A stretch of DNA of 64,000 nucleotides from an uncultured Elusimicrobia bacterium (GCA_963702895.1 OY969767.1:2080001-2144000); one strand, 5' to 3'; counted from the first letter of the stretch, positions 47,117-57,279 are shown. Notes: a model not told the origin generated them from the sequence alone. Numbers and translations: made by a program.

Positions 47117-48772
47117 CGAAGGGTTTCACTTATTGGGTGAAAAATGAGGGGTCAACACAGGAGGCTTTGAAAAAGGGTGCAGCGCGTGATTTTACAGCGA
47201 CGCGCAGAGGCAATAAAATACCTCGCAAGCCAGAGTGGAATCTGAACTGCGAGGTGCTTTTATGTTACTGAAGAACTTGGACGTATACAAGGTCTCGACG
47301 ACGGATCAAGCGGTGACGAGTTTTGCAGGGCTGCCGTTGTTGTTGGGGACGGCACGGAGCCTGGGGTTGGAGGAGCGGCTCAATGCGCTGCCGGTGAAGG
47401 AGCGGGCGCGGGGATACGATCCTGCCGAGAGTATTTTGGGGTTGATGGGATCGATCCAGGCGGGCGGGGAAGCGCTCGAAGACATCGGGCTGCTGCAAGG
47501 GGACGAGGGGATACGGCGCTTGCTGGGGGATTTTCCGGCAGCGAACACGTTGGGCGAATTTCTTCGGCGTTTTGGGCGCAAGACGATTCATGGGTTGGGA
47601 TGGGTCCAGCTCAAGACGGCGGCGAAGGTGATCCGGGCCTGCGAGCTGTCTATTGTGACGATCGATATCGACGCTTATTTTTTGGAGTCACAGAAGGAAG
47701 GCGTCTTGATGAATTACGATGGACTGGAAGGGTATTGTCCGGTGATGGTCAGTTGCGCGGAGCTGAAGATGCCGCTGGCCGGGGCGTTTCGGGCAGGCAA
47801 TGCGAGCCCGATGGCGAACCTGGCGAGTTTGTTGCGGCGGGTCTTGCGGCAGTTTTCCGGTTTGCGGATGAGGGCGCGCTCAGACAGCGCGGGGTATCAG
47901 GCGAAGGTGGTTCGGGAATTGGATCGGGCCGGGGTGGACTTCACCATCACGGCGCGCAAGGATGATGCCGTTTTGGAAGCGATTCGGTCGATTCCGGAGA
48001 AGGCCTGGAAGAAGTACAACTCGCCGGTCTATCCCCATAAGGGATCTGAGATTGCCGAGACGGTGCATGCTTTTGGGGAGGCGGACAAGGATATCGCCGC
48101 ATTTCGGTTGGTCGTGGTGCGCTGGCAGCAGGAGCCGCAAGGCGAGCTTTTCGATAAGGAGCACTTTGAATACCATGCGGTGGCGACGCGGTTCACATGG
48201 GAACCGGGATTGGTTCTGCAATTTCACCGTAACCGGCAGGATGGGTCGGAGAACGTGAACCGGGAGATGAAGAGCGAGGGTGGGTTTGGATTATCCAAGC
48301 TGCCGTGCCGGGATTTTATGGCCAATGCCGCCTATTTCCAGATCGCGATGTTGGCGTCGGTGGTCACGGCAGCCTTCAAGCATTTGGTTCTGCCGAAAGC
48401 CTGGCAGAGCTTCACGATCCAGACGCTGCGGCACCGGCTGATCCGCTTGGCCGGGACAGTGTGCCGGAAGTCGCGCTATCTGTGGTTAAAGATTCCGGAA
48501 AACTACCCGTTCCGGCGGGTTTTTGAAGAGGCGCGCTATGGCGTGTTGGGGCTGTCTGTGGTGATCGCGTCTACCGGTTGATTGACGGGACGGCGACACC
48601 GAAGGCATCGACGGAGGGAAAGAACCGAACAGAGGGTCGGAGCGGCGAAAACTGCCGCAAAAGGCCGACAATTGATCAGACGGTAGTCTGAACCGCCTCC
48701 GAGGGAAGCCAAGGGTACCCGAAGCAGGCGAGAAACCTGGTCGCCGCGGCGACCGAGCGGTGAAAAATTGGG
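47117..48772 (+). mobile_element. IS1380-family insertion sequence (ends approximate)
   Basis: Transposase ORF; right end GTGAAAAATTGGG; left TTTCAC-N7-GTGAAAAAT; G/T-skewed composition; no clear TSD. Confidence 0.75.
47235..48581 (+). CDS. IS1380-family DDE transposase
   Basis: VTIDID, RSDSAGY, R..GSENVNREMK, ANAAYFQ, TLRHRLIRLAG. Confidence 0.92.
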   Translation: MESELRGAFMLLKNLDVYKVSTTDQAVTSFAGLPLLLGTARSLGLEERLNALPVKERARGYDPAESILGLMGSIQAGGEALEDIGLLQGDEGIRRLLGDFPAANTLGEFLRRFGRKTIHGLGWVQLKTAAKVIRACELSIVTIDIDAYFLESQKEGVLMNYDGLEGYCPVMVSCAELKMPLAGAFRAGNASPMANLASLLRRVLRQFSGLRMRARSDSAGYQAKVVRELDRAGVDFTITARKDDAVLEAIRSIPEKAWKKYNSPVYPHKGSEIAETVHAFGEADKDIAAFRLVVVRWQQEPQGELFDKEHFEYHAVATRFTWEPGLVLQFHRNRQDGSENVNREMKSEGGFGLSKLPCRDFMANAAYFQIAMLASVVTAAFKHLVLPKAWQSFTIQTLRHRLIRLAGTVCRKSRYLWLKIPENYPFRRVFEEARYGVLGLSVVIASTG

Positions 48773-48881
48773 ACCTATGTGTGGCCTACGTCAAAACGCA
48801 GCGCTGCAGAAAATTACCGGAGCTTTTGGGAGGATCGGGTCTTCGATGCCCATGGGATCGAGAGAAGTTATAATCGTGCGA

Positions 48882-50432
48882 GTGCTGAATAAGAGATCTT
48901 TCCCGTTCCCTCTCCTGACTCAAGTTCTTCTGATCTTCCTGATCTTTGGGAGCCTGTACTATCTCACCCGCAGCTGGCTGTTTAGTTATGACAGCATCAC
49001 CAATGCCCTGGAAATTGAAAGGGTCGGCTGGGACGATGTCAGGACCCCGGCGCATATGCTTCCGACGCTTGTGGCTGTCTTGTTCTACAAGACGTTTGCG
49101 CTTCTTGGGCACCCCCTGCGCGCGCTCTACATTGCTCAACAACTCAATGTCCTTTGGGGGGCCCTTTCGGTCGCCGTCTTCTATGGGGTCCTGGCCCCGC
49201 GGTTCGGCGGGCGCGTGGCGGCCCTTACGAGCGCTGCGATGGGGGTGAGTTACGCCTACTGGTCCGAAGCTATTGATCCAGGGGTTTATCCCTTAGCAGG
49301 ACTCGGTGCAGCCCTAGCCGTCGGCTCAATTCTCTATCGAGACAAGATTCCTTCCTGGCTGGCTGGCGCCTTCGGCGGATTTCTTCTGCTTATTCACCAA
49401 ATGTTTCTCTTTGCCTTGCCCGCTTTAGCGTACAGTCAGTGGACGAAAAAGACACATGAATCTCAGAAGTTGCGGGATTTCTTGATCGGCCTTTCGCTCA
49501 CAGGCGCCTTGCCGTATCTGATCTTCATGTTTCGGCATAGCCGTTCTGGCAAAGAAATGATCCATTGGCTTTTGTCCCCCCCCGGGCAGCGCGCGCATGA
49601 CTCGATCCTGCATCATCAATTCTGGAGCCGGGACTTCGTCGCAAGCGCCAAGCTCCTATGGCACAGCACCATCGAAGCGATCATGGGCCCCGCCATGGCT
49701 TCACATGAGACATGGTTTCGGCTTGGGTATATTTTCTGGGAGATCGTCCTCATCTTGAGCATCGGTGTTCTGCTCTTCAGCCTGTTGAAAAAGAGTCGGC
49801 TGGGGTTCTCTCCGGTTGAAATCAAAGCTCTTGTCCTTTGGATTGGTCTCATGAACCTCTTTCAAGCTGTTTTCGCCGTAGGGATCGTCCGCTACAAGAT
49901 CCTGTTCCTCCCGGCGGCGCTTACGCTCTTGGCCGCCGGGCTGGCACATTGGCTCAGGCCGTACCTCTGGCTGGGTGGGGTTCTCATCGTCTGCGTGGGA
50001 TCCGTCAATTTGTCACGCGCTCTTCCCCCGTCGCGATCGATGAGCGTCAACCGCGATTTGCGGCGCGCGGCCTGGCTGACAAGCGTCGTCACACCCAAGG
50101 ACTTCTTTCTCTTTACGGGAGCAGGAGAAACATCGATTATGAATGTTGCTCTGTTGTATTTCGCCCCTCAGGTCAGGGCCCGTTCAATTTCAGGCTTCTT
50201 ATACGAACATTACGACCAGGCTGATTTCAAGCCCTTGGAGGAAGTGATGCGGCATGCTTGGTCCCTGGGTGGACAGGTTTATATCGAGAGCGCCTTATGG
50301 TCCAATGCGCGTCTCCAGGAGAGCCTGAGCGGGCAAGAAAACCCGTTGGGAAAATGGTTGAGGAATTTTGTCACCCTCGAAACCAAGGTGGGTCCCGACC
50401 GCTACAGCGTCGAGAAAGTGATTCTCCGATGA
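48882..50432 (+). CDS. Polytopic membrane protein, probable GT-C (ArnT/PMT-like) glycosyltransferase
   Basis: YDS motif in the first loop, about ten TMs, soluble C-terminus; start inferred from TATAAT at 48869. Confidence 0.65.
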   Translation: MLNKRSFPFPLLTQVLLIFLIFGSLYYLTRSWLFSYDSITNALEIERVGWDDVRTPAHMLPTLVAVLFYKTFALLGHPLRALYIAQQLNVLWGALSVAVFYGVLAPRFGGRVAALTSAAMGVSYAYWSEAIDPGVYPLAGLGAALAVGSILYRDKIPSWLAGAFGGFLLLIHQMFLFALPALAYSQWTKKTHESQKLRDFLIGLSLTGALPYLIFMFRHSRSGKEMIHWLLSPPGQRAHDSILHHQFWSRDFVASAKLLWHSTIEAIMGPAMASHETWFRLGYIFWEIVLILSIGVLLFSLLKKSRLGFSPVEIKALVLWIGLMNLFQAVFAVGIVRYKILFLPAALTLLAAGLAHWLRPYLWLGGVLIVCVGSVNLSRALPPSRSMSVNRDLRRAAWLTSVVTPKDFFLFTGAGETSIMNVALLYFAPQVRARSISGFLYEHYDQADFKPLEEVMRHAWSLGGQVYIESALWSNARLQESLSGQENPLGKWLRNFVTLETKVGPDRYSVEKVILR

Positions 50433-50459
50433 GGGCCGAGGATGGAGAAGCATCCATCG

Positions 50460-51152
50460 TCAACACCGCTTCGGATCAATGCGCGCAGGCCAAGCGCTCA
50501 AAACCTTCAGGGCTGTGGAGTCTCGTGGTTTTTGGCTCTTGCTCGATCCGATCAGCGATCTTCGCTCACATAGGCCGCGAGCGCTTCCTTCAGGCGACGC
50601 CTGGCGATTCGGCTCTTTTTCCACAGTCGAAAAGCGAGAGGCCATCCAAGCGGGTTCCATAATCTTGGCGTCATGATCATCCCGGGACGTGCGCCCTCTT
50701 GGACCGAACAAGGGGGCAAGATTGTCTGAATACTCGTCGCAAATGACACGCAGCATGCGGATGGGAACACCGTGCCGTGTTCCGACTTCGACGATGGCCC
50801 TGGTTTCCATGTCGACGGCGACGGCCCCCGCGCGCTCGGTAAGTTTTTGACGTTCTGTCGGGGTCCTCGCTGGCTGGTCGACGGTGATGATCCGTTGGGT
50901 CACAAGGTCCCCCGCCCGCAACTCGGGCACCAGGGCCCCACAAAAGCCGACCGAGACAAGCTCCTGGGCTCCTTGATCAACCAGCGTCTCTGCAGCGATC
51001 CTCGCAGCGGTACGTCCCATGCCGGAGATGACGGCAAGAACAGTCCTGCCACCCATGGTGGCGGCATAAATCCTATCTCTCTGACGTAAGAAATGGAAAT
51101 GTTTCAATATCGGGGATGCTTCCCATCGCGTTGGAATGACAAGGCCAATCAC
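50460..51152 (-). CDS. hpnG: Hopanoid-associated nucleoside phosphorylase HpnG-like; apparent frameshift near 50660-50700
   Basis: SGMG, SVGFCGAL, AVDMET, LRVICD; hpn context; GTG 51152 with GGAG upstream. Confidence 0.78.
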   Translation of the reverse strand: MIGLVIPTRWEASPILKHFHFLRQRDRIYAATMGGRTVLAVISGMGRTAARIAAETLVDQGAQELVSVGFCGALVPELRAGDLVTQRIITVDQPARTPTERQKLTERAGAVAVDMETRAIVEVGTRHGVPIRMLRVICDEYSDNLAPLFGPRGRTSRDDHDAKIMEPAWMASRFSTVEKEPNRQASPEGSARGLCERRSLIGSSKSQKPRDSTALKVLSAWPARIDPKRC

Positions 51153-51213
51153 ACCCCTTCTCCCGGCGCTTGCGATGGGAGAGGAGGGCACCGTTGGACC
51201 TGAAGAGCTTGAA

Positions 51214-52209
51214 TCAGCGAACATAGCCGTTGGCCTTAAACCAGGCGACCGCTTTTTGGAGGGCACTCTCGATGGGGGCTTGAGCAAGGCCCAGCTCACG
51301 GACCGCTTTGGATGCATCGTAATACATGGGTTCGTGAGACATCCGCACGCCGTCCAAAGGAATCGCTGGATCCAGACCCGTCACGTAGGACAATCCCGTG
51401 CTCAGGGCACCGGCCAGGTATGCGATGGGGTAGGGAATTCTGATTCTGGGAGCGGGCCTGCCCGCGATTTTGGCCAGCGTTCCCAAAAAGTCTTTGAGGC
51501 TCATATTTTGGTGTCCCAAAATGTAACGCTCACCGATTTTCCCCCTCTCGGCGGCCAGCCAATGACCGAGCGCGACATCTTCGACATCAATGAAATTGAG
51601 CCCCGTCTCGACATAACCGGGCATTTTACCGTTGAGGAAATCGACGATCATTTTCCCGGTGGGTGTAGGCTTGATGTCGCGCGAGCCGACCGGGGTGGAA
51701 GGATTGACCAGGACGATCGGAAGCCCCTGCCGAGCAAATTCCCGGGCCAGCTGATCGGAGGCGAACTTCGAACGTTTGTACGGACCGATCAGCTCCTCCG
51801 GCCGAGGGTCCAACTCTTCACGGCCGATACCCAAATGCCCATGTTCATGCGGCCGGCCGACCGCGGAGACGCTCGAGGTATAGACGATCTTCGTCAGCTT
51901 CGCATCGGCGGCCGCTTGGAGGAGCGCCCGAGTCCCTTCGACATTGGTCCGTATCATCTCTTCGGGGTGTCTCGCCCATAAACGATAGTCGGCGGCCACA
52001 TGAAAGAGCGCATCGCAATCCCGCAGGGCCACTCGAAGCGACGGAGTATCGCGAAGGTCCCCGATGACATAGTCCACATCAAGACCCGCAAGATTGGCGC
52101 GCTCAGAGCCCGCGCGAAGGAGGCAGCGCACCTTGATTTTTCGGGCCAACAGGACCCGTACCACATGGCTCCCAATGAAACCTGTGCCACCGGTGACGAG
52201 CGTTTTCAT
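51214..52209 (-). CDS. hpnA: Hopanoid-associated NAD-dependent epimerase
   Basis: TGGTGFIG, FHVAADYRLW, YKRSK, DIKPTPTG. Confidence 0.95.
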   Translation of the reverse strand: MKTLVTGGTGFIGSHVVRVLLARKIKVRCLLRAGSERANLAGLDVDYVIGDLRDTPSLRVALRDCDALFHVAADYRLWARHPEEMIRTNVEGTRALLQAAADAKLTKIVYTSSVSAVGRPHEHGHLGIGREELDPRPEELIGPYKRSKFASDQLAREFARQGLPIVLVNPSTPVGSRDIKPTPTGKMIVDFLNGKMPGYVETGLNFIDVEDVALGHWLAAERGKIGERYILGHQNMSLKDFLGTLAKIAGRPAPRIRIPYPIAYLAGALSTGLSYVTGLDPAIPLDGVRMSHEPMYYDASKAVRELGLAQAPIESALQKAVAWFKANGYVR

Positions 52210-52218
52210 GGAAAAAGG

Positions 52219-54369
52219 CTAGACCGCTTCAGGCTGGAGTGCGGGCGACATGGATTTTCGGCGGGGTCGTGCGGCCCGATGGAGCCGCTGGAACATCCCT
52301 AAAGCAAGAAGCGGAAAATAATGACGGTAGAAGGTGTACTCAAGATAGAACACTTTGGGGAATCCAGTGCCTGTAAACTCCGTTTCATCCCATGTGCCGT
52401 CTTCTTTTTGTGTTGCCAAGAGATAGCGAATGGCGCGTTCCACCGCAGGGTCCCCCAAGAGGCCGCAAGAAAGAAACGCCATCAGCGCCCATGCCGTTTG
52501 GCTGGGCGTGGAAGGACCCTTCCCCTTGCGCTTGGGGTCTTCATAGGTGTCACAGCGCTCCCCCCAGCCGCCGTCCGATTGCTGCACGCTCCTTAACCAG
52601 GCGAGCGCGTTCTGAAGATAGGGCTCGTTGGGGCTTTCACCAATGCAGGTGAGGCCCCTGACCGCCTGCCAGGTGCCGTAGAGGTAATTCACACCCCATC
52701 GGCCATACCACGAACCATCCGCTTCCTGCTCCTGCTTGAGGAACGCAATCGCCCGCTGCACGGGGGGATAGGTCTTGTCATAGCCGACGAGGCCCAGCGT
52801 TTCCAGAACGCGCGCTGTGATATCCGCCGTCGGTGGATCGATCATCGCGTTGTGATCGGCAAAAGGGATGTAGGTAAAGATGGCCTTGGTATTGTCCACA
52901 TCGAAGGCCGCCCAGCCGCCGTTGGAGCTCTGCATGGACATCAGCCAATTGAGTCCTCGTAAGAAAGCTTTCTCCCGCGCCTGGCTGAAAGGGTCCTCGA
53001 GTTTGACATGACGCAGCGCCAAAAGCACCATGGCCGTATCGTCAATATCGGGATACCAGGCGTTTTCATTCTCAAACGCCCAACCGCCCACAGGCCCGGT
53101 GGTATTCTTAACGCGCCAATCTCCCGCAATTTTGATTTCTTTGTCGATGATCCAGCGCGTCGCTCGCACAAGCGCCGGGTGATCGGCCCTCAAGCCGGAC
53201 TCCGCCAACGCGAGCACCGATATCGCCGTGTCCCATATGGGAGACACGCAGGGCTGCATCTCCAGCCCCTGCTCGCCGCGATCGAGATAGAATTTCTCGA
53301 GCTCCGTCAGATTCTTTCGGAGAACGGGGTGATCCTCACGGTGCCCCAGCGCTTTGAGCGCCAAGATCGTGTTGAGCATCGCCGGAAAAATGGCGGCCAG
53401 ACCTTCCGAATGTTCGTTGTGCTCGAGCATCCATTTTTCCGCGCGCTTCAGGGCCCAGTTGCGCAGGAAGTAAGGACCCTGGCCTTCGAAATCCTTTAAG
53501 AAAGAATCGACTTCAAGGAAAAATTTACGCCAGGAAAAAAACCCTTCTGGGGGATTGAACTGTTCCCCCCCCACGGGCACCCAGGCTGGCGTGCCTTCCG
53601 GAAAAAGCTCATCAATTCGGCCGTTATCGTGCAGCCTGTAACGTGGACGTTTCGACCAGACAATCGACAGGGGAATGACGATGGCTCGCGTCCAGGAAGA
53701 CATTTCGAAAATATTGAAATAAAACCAGCTCGGGAAGAACATGAGTTCGGGCACAATCGCGGGCACCCCGCCCCAATCATAAAGACCAAAAAGGGCCAAA
53801 TAGAACTTGGTGTAGGAGTTGACTTTGTGGATGCCGCCGTGGTTAAAAATGCATTGGCGTGCGCGCGCCAGCGGTTCTTCCTCGGCCCGGTGTCCAGCAA
53901 GTTTGAGCGCCCAATACGACTTAAACGTTGCGGAAATATCACTGGGACCATGGCGGTAAATGGGCCAGCCCCCATCCGGATTCTGGCCGCTTAAGATAAA
54001 CCTGGCCATCCTCTGGATTTTTTCCTTGTAAGCTGGGCGGTCTTGCCAGCCCAGAATAATGTAGAGCATGATCATGTCGCTCTCAAGCGTCGTGTCCGCG
54101 CGCAAATGGGCCGACCAGAAACCTTCCAGTGGATGCTGCTTCTGGAGAAGCCACTTCTGGGCTTTCTCAATCGTCTGTCTTAATTGATAGGTGGTGGGCT
54201 CATCTTCGGCTTGAACACCGGGGTTACGGGCTGGAAAGATTTTGTCCCAGTGACGAGGTTTCTTGAAAAGCTCTTTCCGGGAAAGACCCGGAATGAAGCG
54301 GGCGGCGTTCCTTTCCAGGATGTCGCCATTGACATAGGAAACGATCTCGGAAACGACCTTTCGAACCAT
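52219..54369 (-). CDS. shc: Squalene-hopene cyclase
   Basis: YPDIDDTA (DxDD), QW repeats, GSWYGRWGVNY, TGTGFP. Confidence 0.97.
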   Translation of the reverse strand: MVRKVVSEIVSYVNGDILERNAARFIPGLSRKELFKKPRHWDKIFPARNPGVQAEDEPTTYQLRQTIEKAQKWLLQKQHPLEGFWSAHLRADTTLESDMIMLYIILGWQDRPAYKEKIQRMARFILSGQNPDGGWPIYRHGPSDISATFKSYWALKLAGHRAEEEPLARARQCIFNHGGIHKVNSYTKFYLALFGLYDWGGVPAIVPELMFFPSWFYFNIFEMSSWTRAIVIPLSIVWSKRPRYRLHDNGRIDELFPEGTPAWVPVGGEQFNPPEGFFSWRKFFLEVDSFLKDFEGQGPYFLRNWALKRAEKWMLEHNEHSEGLAAIFPAMLNTILALKALGHREDHPVLRKNLTELEKFYLDRGEQGLEMQPCVSPIWDTAISVLALAESGLRADHPALVRATRWIIDKEIKIAGDWRVKNTTGPVGGWAFENENAWYPDIDDTAMVLLALRHVKLEDPFSQAREKAFLRGLNWLMSMQSSNGGWAAFDVDNTKAIFTYIPFADHNAMIDPPTADITARVLETLGLVGYDKTYPPVQRAIAFLKQEQEADGSWYGRWGVNYLYGTWQAVRGLTCIGESPNEPYLQNALAWLRSVQQSDGGWGERCDTYEDPKRKGKGPSTPSQTAWALMAFLSCGLLGDPAVERAIRYLLATQKEDGTWDETEFTGTGFPKVFYLEYTFYRHYFPLLALGMFQRLHRAARPRRKSMSPALQPEAV

Positions 54370-54391
54370 ACTTTATTGTGTCACTCCGGGA

Positions 54392-55561
54392 CTAGCCGCG
54401 TCCAGCGCCTACGACTTCATGTTCCTCTTCCGTCTTTTTGGACGATTGGGCCGGCGAGGGCGAGTCGTGGCTTAAAACCGGCAGAGTCCGCATTGGGGCG
54501 CGGGGATTCGCGCTCGATTTGGGTTTGGACCATCCGAGGGTGTCCATGAAAGACTTCCACATGTTCCGGACGCTCGCCGTGGAATCCAGGACTGCGGTCG
54601 GCTCATAGCCGCAATGCACCATGCAGTCAGCGCAGCGTGGGTCACGGCCCGTGCCGTACTGGTCCCAGTCGACTGTTTCCATGAGCTCTTGGAAGGTTTT
54701 GGCATAGCCATCGGACATCAGATAGCAGGGCTTCTGCCAGCCAAAAACGTTGCGGGTGGGATTGCCCCAGGGGGTGCACTGATAGTCCTTGTCCCCGCTC
54801 AAAAAATCGAGGAAGAAGGAGGAGTGATTAAACTTCCAGCTCTTACGCCGCTGGGGGCTGACCTGGTCCGTCGAGGGCTGCAGGATCTGGCGGAAAAGCT
54901 CCTTCGTACGCCGGCGCTGCAGGAAGTGTTCCTGGTCTGGGGCCTTCTGATAGGGATAGCCCGGAGAGACCATGATGCCGTCGATTTCAAGCTCGTGGGT
55001 GAGGAAGTCAAAAAACTCGTGAAATTCTTCCGGCTGTTCACCTTCAAAGACGGTGCTGTTGGTCGTGACACGGAAGCCTTTGGCCTTGGCGGCCCTGATG
55101 GCGCTCACCGCGGTCTTAAACACCCCTTGGCGGCAGACGAGACGGTCGTGCGTCGCTTCCAAACCGTCCAGGTGAATGCTTAAAGTCAGATAGGGTGACG
55201 GCGTAAACTCGTGCAGACGCTTCTCCAGAAGGATGGCGTTGGTGCAAAGATAAACGAACTTTCGGCGCTTGACGAGTTCCGCCACAATCGTGGGCATCTC
55301 AGGATGGATGAGGGGCTCCCCTCCAGGGATGGAAACGACGGGAACACCGCACTCTTCGACCGCCTCAAGGCATTCCTGGACCGAGAGCCGCTTCTTGAGA
55401 ATCTCTTCGGGAAACTGGATCTTGCCGCAGCCGGCGCATTCGAGGTTGCAGCGGAAAAGGGGCTCGAGCATCAGCACGAGGGGATAACGCTTCGTCCCCA
55501 AGAGGCGATGCTTCATGACATAGGCCCCCACTTTAAGGCTTTGCAAGGCTGAAAGTCCCAT
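54392..55561 (-). CDS. hpnH: Adenosyl-hopene transferase (radical SAM)
   Basis: [39 protein letters not shown]. Confidence 0.96.
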   Translation of the reverse strand: MGLSALQSLKVGAYVMKHRLLGTKRYPLVLMLEPLFRCNLECAGCGKIQFPEEILKKRLSVQECLEAVEECGVPVVSIPGGEPLIHPEMPTIVAELVKRRKFVYLCTNAILLEKRLHEFTPSPYLTLSIHLDGLEATHDRLVCRQGVFKTAVSAIRAAKAKGFRVTTNSTVFEGEQPEEFHEFFDFLTHELEIDGIMVSPGYPYQKAPDQEHFLQRRRTKELFRQILQPSTDQVSPQRRKSWKFNHSSFFLDFLSGDKDYQCTPWGNPTRNVFGWQKPCYLMSDGYAKTFQELMETVDWDQYGTGRDPRCADCMVHCGYEPTAVLDSTASVRNMWKSFMDTLGWSKPKSSANPRAPMRTLPVLSHDSPSPAQSSKKTEEEHEVVGAGRG

Positions 55562-55621
55562 GGTTTCTCCTCAAAATAAAGGAACCGCAAGCCAAGTCGC
55601 CAGCGGTTCAATTCGGCTGAT

Positions 55622-55650
55622 ATGATACTCTGATATGGCCCGCAAGTCAA
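55622..55650 (-). promoter_or_regulatory. Sigma70 promoter of the hpnH-shc-hpnA-hpnG operon
   Basis: TTGACT-17 bp-TATCAT; GAGGAG RBS before hpnH. Confidence 0.72.
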
Positions 55651-55697
55651 GCCAGGAACATATTGATATATAGAGTCGTTTTGACTAAACTCGATGC

Positions 55698-56297
55698 TTA
55701 CGTATTCTTGACGAGGATGTCGGAGAGGATGTCGGCGGCCTCGTCCCCGCGGTCGGCCGCGTTGGAGAGATGGCGGTAGATCTCGCGCATCTTGATGATC
55801 ATGACGACATCGGTGGTTTTGAAGAGCTTCGCCAGGGCCTCGCGGTAGAGGTGCTCGATGTGGTTCTCGGACTTCTTGGCCAGGATAATGTGCTCCTGCA
55901 TCCCGCCGGGCATGCGCCGGAGGCATTCCACCGCCATCGCGATTTCGCGCGCGCCGTCGTAGAGGGCTTCCGCCATCTGGACGAGGTAAGGGTTGGTGGG
56001 GGCGCCAAAGAGCATCATTTCCTCCACCGTGCTGTTGGCATAATCGATCATGTCATCGATGCTACGCGACAAGGCAAAGATGTCTTCGCGATCCAGGGGA
56101 GTCACCAGGGTGCGGTTGAGCGCGTCAATGAGCCGGCGCCGGAGTTCATCGGCGTCTTTTTCCGCCTTCTTCACCTGATTTCCCGACTCATCGCCAGGCA
56201 GGCGCACAAAATCGCAAAGAAGTTTCAGCCCCTGCTCGCTCATGCGGGCCTGGTCCAAAAGCATCTGGTAAAAGTCAAAACGCTTTCGAAACCACAT
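55698..56297 (-). CDS. DUF47 / PhoU-like PiT accessory protein
   Basis: EKDAD, TPLDREDI..L...IDD, EIY..L..A.D. Confidence 0.92.
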   Translation of the reverse strand: MWFRKRFDFYQMLLDQARMSEQGLKLLCDFVRLPGDESGNQVKKAEKDADELRRRLIDALNRTLVTPLDREDIFALSRSIDDMIDYANSTVEEMMLFGAPTNPYLVQMAEALYDGAREIAMAVECLRRMPGGMQEHIILAKKSENHIEHLYREALAKLFKTTDVVMIIKMREIYRHLSNAADRGDEAADILSDILVKNT

Positions 56298-57279
56298 AAG
56301 AAATGGAAGCCGACAAAGCCCCCGCCATGGGAATGGTCAAGACCCAGGCCAGGCCAATCCCTCCCGCCAAATCCCAGCGTATGCCGCGAGGACGCACGGC
56401 CGCCCCCGCCCCGATCACCGAACCGGACATGACGTGGGTCGTGGACATCGGAAAACCGATCAGGGAACTCACGCCCACCAGGACCATCGACACACTTTCC
56501 GCGCAGAGCCCCTGTAATTCCTGCATCTTATAAAACCCCCTGCCCACGGTACGGACCGTCGGGCGCGATCCGAAAACGACACCCAGACCCAGCGTCATCC
56601 CGCAAAGAAGCGCGATCCAAACCGGGAGCGTCGCGTGCGTGACGGCCTGTCCTGAGGCCAAGAGCGCCAACACCACCAGGGCCAGGCTCTTTTGCCCGTC
56701 GTTGCTGCCGTGAACGAGGGAAATACCGGTCAGCGCCACCACGTGCAGGACACGCAAGAGTCCCGCGGCGGCGGGCGTCGCATACTGCCCGCTCCAGTAC
56801 AGCAGCCGGCAAAGAAGGTACCCCGCAACCATCGACACGAGCGGCACAACCGCCAGCGCGATGAGAACTTTGACCAGGACGGGCAGGCTCACTGCTTCCA
56901 GGCCGAAGCTCTGCCAAACGGCCCCGACGAGCCCCCCGAGGAGCGCGTGGCTCGACGAGCTGGGGAGCGACAGGCGCCACATCATCAAATTCCAGATGAG
57001 CGTCCCGAGCATCGCCGCCAGGAGCGTCCCCAACATCGTCGCGGCAGAAGCGGACGCGGGAAAGGCCATCATGCTGAAGCCCAGGACTCTCACCACGGCA
57101 CTGCCGAAGAGGAAGATCCCGACCACCTGACAAGCGGCCACCAGGCACAAGGCTGGAAAAGGTTCCATGACGCGTGTGATGACGACCGTGGAAACGATGC
57201 TTCCTCCGTCGAGGAAACCGTTGGTCAACACAAAGATGAAGATCAGCGTCAGGACCGCAATGAAAAGAGCCGTCGTCAT
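56275..57279 (-). CDS. Inorganic phosphate transporter (PiT family)
   Basis: LPSSSSHALLGG, HGSNDGQK, PMSTTH, GVRW-like GIRW. Confidence 0.92.
   Translation of the reverse strand: MTTALFIAVLTLIFIFVLTNGFLDGGSIVSTVVITRVMEPFPALCLVAACQVVGIFLFGSAVVRVLGFSMMAFPASASAATMLGTLLAAMLGTLIWNLMMWRLSLPSSSSHALLGGLVGAVWQSFGLEAVSLPVLVKVLIALAVVPLVSMVAGYLLCRLLYWSGQYATPAAAGLLRVLHVVALTGISLVHGSNDGQKSLALVVLALLASGQAVTHATLPVWIALLCGMTLGLGVVFGSRPTVRTVGRGFYKMQELQGLCAESVSMVLVGVSSLIGFPMSTTHVMSGSVIGAGAAVRPRGIRWDLAGGIGLAWVLTIPMAGALSASISYVVSKAF

Noticed and set aside
47100..48790. Target-site duplication for the IS1380
   Set aside because: No matching 4-5 bp flanks found for any plausible pair of ends.
51154..51188. CCCCTTCTCCC/GGGAGAGGAGGG hairpin as a further repeat family
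   Set aside because: Only one clear copy in the window; it may simply be a stem overlapping the hpnG RBS.
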